The position numbers and the translations under genes were made by a program. The notes under the pieces were generated by a model. The model was not told the origin of the DNA. It ran no database searches and saw nothing but the letters and a program-made list of their open reading frames with translations. Source: a bacterium (GTDB lineage Bacteria > Hinthialibacterota > Hinthialibacteria > Hinthialibacterales > Hinthialibacteraceae). Taken from it: a stretch of 64,000 nt of DNA. Position 1 is the first letter of the stretch; every line of letters begins with the position of its first letter. This document shows, in pieces, positions 58,132 to 64,000 of the stretch. The stretch is taken from assembly GCA_963662285.2 (NCBI GenBank), contig CAXXMV010000008.1:1280001-1344000 (forward strand), read 5' to 3'.

Positions 58132-61071
58132 TTATTCATCATAAACCCGTAACTCGCAAACCTGCGGGCTATTGTTGGGATCATCAGCCGTTGACGCCTT
58201 TAACACCAACCGCAACTGCCTGGCTTCAACGCGCGGGAAGGCGTGAACCATTCTACGCCTTTTATTACCCTTAACCTCAGCAACCGTTTTCCACTCGTCT
58301 CCAACTTTAACTTCGATGCTGTAATCGGGGCAGACTAGAGCATAATTCTGGAAAGTAACGTGCACCTTGTTGAACGGCTCGCGTCGTTTGAATGTAAGTT
58401 GAATCCACTGCGGGTAATCCTGATCTGATTGCGGACCCCACGAGTGAGGATGAGAATCAACCACCCGGTTGTAACCGTCAATCACATATTCCGGTTTTAG
58501 TTCAACATCCTTGATAAGTTCTTCATTTATCGCATCAGGCTTCAGGGTAAAAGTGTAGCACTCTTCACGTGGAACCCAGTTTGGACCGCCATAGGCGCGA
58601 CAAACGCCCGGTCTCATTGTCGGGAATAAATCCCACTGGAGGCCTTTTTTAGGCGGTAGAAAAACATAGTAATATTGATCAGCATCAACAGTCGCATTCA
58701 AGTCAAAAGTCACCCAGCCCTTGCTGTTAGCAGGAACCGAAGCCGTCGCCTTACCCAGGTCAGTAGTTGATGAGAAATCCCTGAACGACGCCGCCTTACG
58801 CAGAGTCAAAGTAATCGGCGTCGCGTTTTGGTTTGAAGAACGGAGATATAGAGCGATTTTGGTTATTTGGTTTACGCCTGCTTTGAACATCACCGCACGT
58901 GGTGTATTCAAGTCGTGAATAAGGGGAGTACCTGAATCAGGGAATAAAGTTTTCAAGTCAGGTATTTTTTTTACGCTTGACGCGGTGACAGATGCATTCA
59001 AGGCCAGATCTTTGGCATCCTCATTTTTGCGCCCCATTACATAGGCGCCGCTTTTCATTAAACGTTGCTGAATCCCGCCTATATTATTTTGGCCTGCTTC
59101 GCGGGGCGACAGGTTATTAAAGACGCACTCAGCCGCCGCGGCGCCGACGGCCTGTCCCATCAGGCAGGTGGTTCGCATAACGCGCACCCCGCCCAAAGCG
59201 ACATGCGACACTGAAATATTACGCCCCGCCATCAGCAGGTTATCAATATTTTTGGAATACAAGCATCTATAAGGTATGCTGACCTGCTGGCCGCGGTAGG
59301 CGCTGTAATACATCGGTCCCGATTTCCAAAAGCCGTTGGGGTGATGCACATCAATCCCCCAGCCGCCGTAAGCCACATTATCAGAATGGATGATCTTATC
59401 CGCGTAATCCCATTGGGTCAGAATATAATCGCCCACCAGACGGCGCGATTCGCGCTTGCCAGGGGCGTAGTTGATCCAATCCAAGCGACGGTTTTTGTTC
59501 TTCTCAATTGATTTGGCATCATAATTCTTGACGTAATTCCATAGACCCAGATTGATGCGGAACAGTTCATCGCGGATTTCTTCAGCATCATAGATGGTAT
59601 CCTTCATGCCGCCAAACTCGATATACCATTGGAAAAAACCACCGTTTTCGTTACCAGGTTTATAACCTTTGCCTTTTTGATACTGGCTGTAATGAGGTGG
59701 ATTAACAGGCATAGCGCGGAATCCTGAATCGGTTGATTCGAGTTTTATATCTGGTTGAGCGTATTGCCGACCATACAGACCTGAGCCATGCGTAAAGCGG
59801 TTCGACAATCCGCCATCCTGCACCCGATTGGGCATTTGAACCTGTTGCAAGGGGAAATGAGTTCCGGCTTTTTCAAAATCCTCTGGCGATTTCCACTGGG
59901 TGTAAGCCCACTCAGGGCAAACGAAGGGCGTGGAATCTCCCTCGCGGAAACCAGCCACGAAAAGAGTGTTGCCCATTGTATGCAGGTCAGTCTCTTCAGG
60001 CGCCAGCGACTCATTAAATTCATAACGCGCTTCACGTCCTCTACGGAACTGAGCGCCCGCCCAGAAACCTACCCAACCGTCGCCGGTGCAGTCGATAAAG
60101 ATTTTTGCGGGGAAAAGCATCCGCTTGTTTCTGATTGCGTCCAAAACCAAGACAGATTGTATATTCTGACTATCATGCATAACGGTATTGATAGCTCTGG
60201 TGTTTAGATGCAAGTCGATATTGGCTTCAGCGCGTACCGTTTTTTCTATTTCAGTCGACCAGTCATGATCGAAACCGCGACCGGGTAGTTTATAGAAGTC
60301 TTCGATGATGCCAGTTTCGAGTGGATCAAGTGGAATCCGGCTATTGTCGCCGCCTGGGGGTACGTCAATCTCTGATGAGGCATTACCGCCCAACACCGGG
60401 CGATCCTGTATCAAAGCCACCAAACATCCCTGACGCGCCGCTTCCACCGCCGCAGCGCAGCCAGCCAATCCGCCGCCAACCACTACTACATCGTAATCAC
60501 GAACAATAGTCGCCCGGCGGTATGGATCAAAATAACGGATTCTTTGCGCTTCCAATTGCGCCGGATCATCATCCGGCTTGAAAGATGATTGCATGGTTAA
60601 AACCAACGCGTCGCATCGCCCCCACCAGCCAGTGAGATCGTGCAGCGCAATCCTGGCAGCGCCTTGCTTAAGTTCGAACTGACCGCCATCGATCCACTGC
60701 CATGCAGCTTTATCGGATTGCCCGAAAGTGATTGTTGATGCGGCCTGGTTGATAATTACCTGAAATTTCCCCGGACTATGAGACGGCAGCCAATCCTTGC
60801 AGCGCACCCAAAGACGCCACGATCCATCAGCTGGAATGCTGGTTGTCGTTATGGCGTCTTCCACCGGGGCGTCAACCCCATTGGCTAACAGATACGGCGA
60901 ACCCATGATATCAACGAACTGCGAATCATTGACCCACCCGCCAGTTGAATCGAATGATTCCGCTTCGAGCCATATAATATCATCTGTTGGAGCGCAATAT
61001 GCACATGACATAAAACCTTGGGAAACAAATATAAGAGATGCTATAAGAATGATTGATAATCTATAATTCAT
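58132..61071 (-). CDS. Secreted FAD-dependent oxidoreductase with accessory beta-sandwich/discoidin-like domains
   Basis: VVVGGGLAG, LGGNASSE, DCTGDG, RESRRL, IDVH, IPYRCL, RVMRT. Confidence 0.9.
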   Translation of the reverse strand: MNYRLSIILIASLIFVSQGFMSCAYCAPTDDIIWLEAESFDSTGGWVNDSQFVDIMGSPYLLANGVDAPVEDAITTTSIPADGSWRLWVRCKDWLPSHSPGKFQVIINQAASTITFGQSDKAAWQWIDGGQFELKQGAARIALHDLTGWWGRCDALVLTMQSSFKPDDDPAQLEAQRIRYFDPYRRATIVRDYDVVVVGGGLAGCAAAVEAARQGCLVALIQDRPVLGGNASSEIDVPPGGDNSRIPLDPLETGIIEDFYKLPGRGFDHDWSTEIEKTVRAEANIDLHLNTRAINTVMHDSQNIQSVLVLDAIRNKRMLFPAKIFIDCTGDGWVGFWAGAQFRRGREARYEFNESLAPEETDLHTMGNTLFVAGFREGDSTPFVCPEWAYTQWKSPEDFEKAGTHFPLQQVQMPNRVQDGGLSNRFTHGSGLYGRQYAQPDIKLESTDSGFRAMPVNPPHYSQYQKGKGYKPGNENGGFFQWYIEFGGMKDTIYDAEEIRDELFRINLGLWNYVKNYDAKSIEKNKNRRLDWINYAPGKRESRRLVGDYILTQWDYADKIIHSDNVAYGGWGIDVHHPNGFWKSGPMYYSAYRGQQVSIPYRCLYSKNIDNLLMAGRNISVSHVALGGVRVMRTTCLMGQAVGAAAAECVFNNLSPREAGQNNIGGIQQRLMKSGAYVMGRKNEDAKDLALNASVTASSVKKIPDLKTLFPDSGTPLIHDLNTPRAVMFKAGVNQITKIALYLRSSNQNATPITLTLRKAASFRDFSSTTDLGKATASVPANSKGWVTFDLNATVDADQYYYVFLPPKKGLQWDLFPTMRPGVCRAYGGPNWVPREECYTFTLKPDAINEELIKDVELKPEYVIDGYNRVVDSHPHSWGPQSDQDYPQWIQLTFKRREPFNKVHVTFQNYALVCPDYSIEVKVGDEWKTVAEVKGNKRRRMVHAFPRVEARQLRLVLKASTADDPNNSPQVCELRVYDE

Positions 61072-61377
61072 GATATTCTCCTATCAGGCAATTATCTAAA
61101 AACAATCAAGATCATATATTCATTTATACAACATGAATCATAATAAATATAGAACCAGGAATTAGATTAATCGTCATAATAATGTTCTGATGGGCGATTC
61201 GTATAATCAAGATAAGATCATTGGATTGTTCTAATTGAAAAAAAAATCAAAATACCTGAAAACGGTTTATAATAACAAGGTCTTATGAAACGCACTCTTC
61301 ACGAATCGAAATAGACAATAGAGGAAAATACCGATCATTCATCGTTGGTGAAATACTTTTTAAGTTGAAAGACGATA

Positions 61378-62004
61378 ATGCAAAAAACATGTAAGGCTTT
61401 TACTTTAATCGAGTTGCTCATTGTCGTGGCGATCATCGGCATCCTGGCCGCCATTGCGGTTCCCAACTTCTTGAACGCACAAGTTCGGGCGAAGGTCGCC
61501 CGTGTGCGCAGTGAACTGCGTTCGGTCGCCGATGCGTGCGCCTTGTATCGTAGCGATCAGGGCCAGTTTCCGTTTCCAAAACTGAACACATACATAGAAA
61601 AAAGCGGTATTCATACGGACGTCAATATCGTCAAAGCCCTGCTGGAACTCACCACCCCGGTCTCCTATATGAACAGCGTCAACTTCCCCGATCCCTTTTT
61701 CAAAACCGGGGATGGCCACTGGAATAACACTGTAGTCGCCTATTCCAGTTACACCTATGTAAATTTCGGGGGCCGCTGGGGAAAAAACTGGTCCAATGAT
61801 CTGCATGTGGATGCTTTTGCTCTATGCAGTTTCGGACCGGATAAGTGGGATAGTGGCGGCGTCTGGCCCGTTGTGCAACGCTCTCAAGGCGCCCCGATCT
61901 CTTGGGAAGCGTTTTACGAAGGCAGTAATGGACTGAACAGCCAAGGCGACATCGTTCGCTACGGCGGCAGTCACGGCTTTACCAGTTCCTCAGTGGGTGG
62001 ATGA
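61378..62004 (+). CDS. Prepilin-type N-methylation domain protein
   Basis: AFTLIELL...; LTTPVSY; DPF; SFGPD; YEGSNGLNSQGD. Confidence 0.9.
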   Translation: MQKTCKAFTLIELLIVVAIIGILAAIAVPNFLNAQVRAKVARVRSELRSVADACALYRSDQGQFPFPKLNTYIEKSGIHTDVNIVKALLELTTPVSYMNSVNFPDPFFKTGDGHWNNTVVAYSSYTYVNFGGRWGKNWSNDLHVDAFALCSFGPDKWDSGGVWPVVQRSQGAPISWEAFYEGSNGLNSQGDIVRYGGSHGFTSSSVGG

Positions 62005-62045
62005 TCTAAAACGGGGAATGCTCTAAAGTGATTGTGAATATCCCT

Positions 62046-62387
62046 CTATTTCCAGAATTCCCACCATTTTTTGATGGATTTTATCTGGATATCTTCAAGT
62101 GATGCTATGGTTTCTGATAGCAATTCGTTCAAATACTGGCTCAATCGGATGATTCCTTCATCATTGTTTGATTTTTTTGCGTAATCACAAAGCACCCGGA
62201 ATTGTTCACCGAATTCACTACCTTCCAATACATTGGCCGCCCCAATTATCACATTACACGCTTGTTCGTTATAGGATGCGTTCTCTAACAAATTCCTGGC
62301 ATATTCTAATTGCTCGATGAAAGGTGTGATGTCGGTCTTGATATTAATTATCGGTTCCTTCGCTTTTACAAAATCATCTTTTATCAA
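62046..62387 (-). CDS. Hypothetical protein, possibly 5'-truncated by the IS remnant
   Basis: Ends KKWWEFWK; its start overlaps the IS4 remnant. Confidence 0.5.
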   Translation of the reverse strand: MIKDDFVKAKEPIINIKTDITPFIEQLEYARNLLENASYNEQACNVIIGAANVLEGSEFGEQFRVLCDYAKKSNNDEGIIRLSQYLNELLSETIASLEDIQIKSIKKWWEFWK

Positions 62388-62866
62388 CCGTCATAAAACC
62401 TCACCTAAGCATTTAACCCAAGATCACAAATTACCTTTTCTCACATTATTTATTTTTCTGATTAATTTAATCAAACGCTCTCTGCAATCAGAATTGGATT
62501 CCTTCTTTCAGACTAATAACGGCGCTTTGACGCCTATTCGGGAATTTACCAAAAACGCGTTTGTCCAAGCCCGCAGAAAAATTCATGCTGTTTTCAAGCG
62601 CAAGTCGATCAGGATGAATCCAATGATCAACCCTATCGCTATCAAATCAATTTAACCTGTGCTCTCTCTTGTCTTATAAACACCATTGTTCTCATATTTC
62701 AACGACGCCGTCCTCATCAGATTTTACGCGATCTTTTCCTTCTATTTCAGAAAACGATTGAGCCGATCCGCCCTAACTGATCAAATCCTCGCAAACAAGT
62801 TATAATACCTGATCAACAAACACACTATACTTGCTATAAGCCTAACGGCTTAACTTAATGACATTG
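62365..62866 (+). pseudogene. IS4-family transposase remnant with one terminal IR
   Basis: RHKTSPKH...KLPF...SLQSELDSFF...TKNAFVQARRKI; IR CTTAACTTAATGACATTG at 62849-62866. Confidence 0.7.
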
Positions 62867-64000
62867 ATCGAGCACCTCACGAACTTTTCTGATTATATCA
62901 ATCGGTGAGATCGGCTTTTGAAGAAAAGCGATGCCATTTTCCAAAACGCCATGCTGAACGATGGCATCATCTGTATAACCGGATATGAAGAGAACTCTTG
63001 CTTTTGAATTGAATGATCGAATTTGTTCGTATAACTCTCGACCGCTCAAACCTGGCATAATTACATCCGTGAGAATTAAGTGGATGGATTTTTCATAATT
63101 TTTGAATATATGCAAGGCTTCGATTCCATCCTTTGCGTCTAAAATTGTATACCCCCTATCTTGAAGTATACGTTTTATCACAGTTCTCGTAGCCAGATCG
63201 TCTTCTACAACCATAATTGTTTCATTATTTTCATGCGAGTCTTCTAAATCCTGATCCAAGTGGCTCGGTAAAATGGATTCATCCACATAAGGAAGAAAGA
63301 TTCTGAAGGTTGTTCCCCGATCGGTTTCACTGGCTACCTTAATAATCCCCTCATTTTGCGTGACGATGCCGAATACGGTAGAAAGCCCCAGACCCGTTCC
63401 TTTTCCCGGTTCCTTTGTCGTAAAAAAAGGATCGAATATTTTCTCCTGGATAAAGGGGGGAATCCCGCATCCCGTATCGCTGACGGCCAACATAATATAG
63501 GTTCCCGGCTGATTGTCGACATATTTGAACACTTCGTTCTCATCCAAATATACACTGGCCGTTTCGATTGTGAGACTCCCTCCTTTGGGCATGGCATCAC
63601 GGGAATTAACGGCAAGATTCAAGAGGATTTGTTCGAGTTGGCCCGGATCGGCTTTTATTGGACGGATGGATGGGTAGAGATTGATAATCAGTTCGATATC
63701 TTCACCGATCAAACGGTAAAGCATGTTGCACATACCTTCAATCAACTCATTCATATTTAGTATCTGAGGTTGAGTTACCTGTCGGCGGCTGAAAGCGAGT
63801 AGTTGACGAGTGAGCGACGTGGCTCGAACTCCAGCATTTTTTATCTCTTCGATTTCTTGTCGAACTGGATCATCCTGGGCGAGGCGTTTCAACGCGAAGT
63901 CGCTACACGATCCGATAACCATCAATAAATTGTTGAAATCGTGCGCCACACCGCCCGCTAATCGGCCAATCGCCTCCATCTTTTGGGATTGGATGAGTTC
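62855..64000 (-). CDS. Hybrid histidine kinase / receiver protein (5' part outside window)
   Basis: QSQKMEAIGRLAGGVAHDFNN, DTGCG, FFTTK, GTGLGL, TDVIMP, QKP. Confidence 0.95.
   Translation of the reverse strand, partial: ELIQSQKMEAIGRLAGGVAHDFNNLLMVIGSCSDFALKRLAQDDPVRQEIEEIKNAGVRATSLTRQLLAFSRRQVTQPQILNMNELIEGMCNMLYRLIGEDIELIINLYPSIRPIKADPGQLEQILLNLAVNSRDAMPKGGSLTIETASVYLDENEVFKYVDNQPGTYIMLAVSDTGCGIPPFIQEKIFDPFFTTKEPGKGTGLGLSTVFGIVTQNEGIIKVASETDRGTTFRIFLPYVDESILPSHLDQDLEDSHENNETIMVVEDDLATRTVIKRILQDRGYTILDAKDGIEALHIFKNYEKSIHLILTDVIMPGLSGRELYEQIRSFNSKARVLFISGYTDDAIVQHGVLENGIAFLQKPISPIDIIRKVREVLDQCH

Overview
Bacterial DNA in two parts. (1) Positions 1 to ~22340 are the right-hand part of an integrated mobile element abutting the 3' end of a tRNA-Lys(CTT) at 22352-22424 (minus strand). 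An excisionase-like HTH gene and paired 11-bp arm-type repeats sit beside the tRNA; the integrase and the other att site are not in the window. The element carries three PC4-like ssDNA-binding paralogs, each behind a stem-loop, and a DUF669-like SSB candidate. It also has a ~2 kb non-coding, internally duplicated hairpin array flanked by two paralogous acidic microproteins, and a palindrome cluster next to an intact class-C-type group II intron. It further encodes a P-loop ATPase-wHTH-PD-(D/E)xK fusion with two small membrane proteins, and a highly divergent GrpE / lidless Hsp70 / J-like (HPD->SSD) membrane protein / TPR-lipoprotein operon. These are the best candidates for an undescribed system. 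(2) Positions ~22450-64000 are chromosomal backbone: Smg-like gene, pheA, tyrA, sialidases and glycan-related proteins, histidine kinases, an ArsR-RND-DUF2892-CoADR/rhodanese cluster, metH, an ECF sigma pair, four orphan prepilin-like paralogs, REP-like palindromes and IS110/IS4 remnants. The pilin-like family style suggests a Sumerlaeota/Hinthialibacterota-like host (weak inference). All calls come from motif recognition by eye; no database searches were run.
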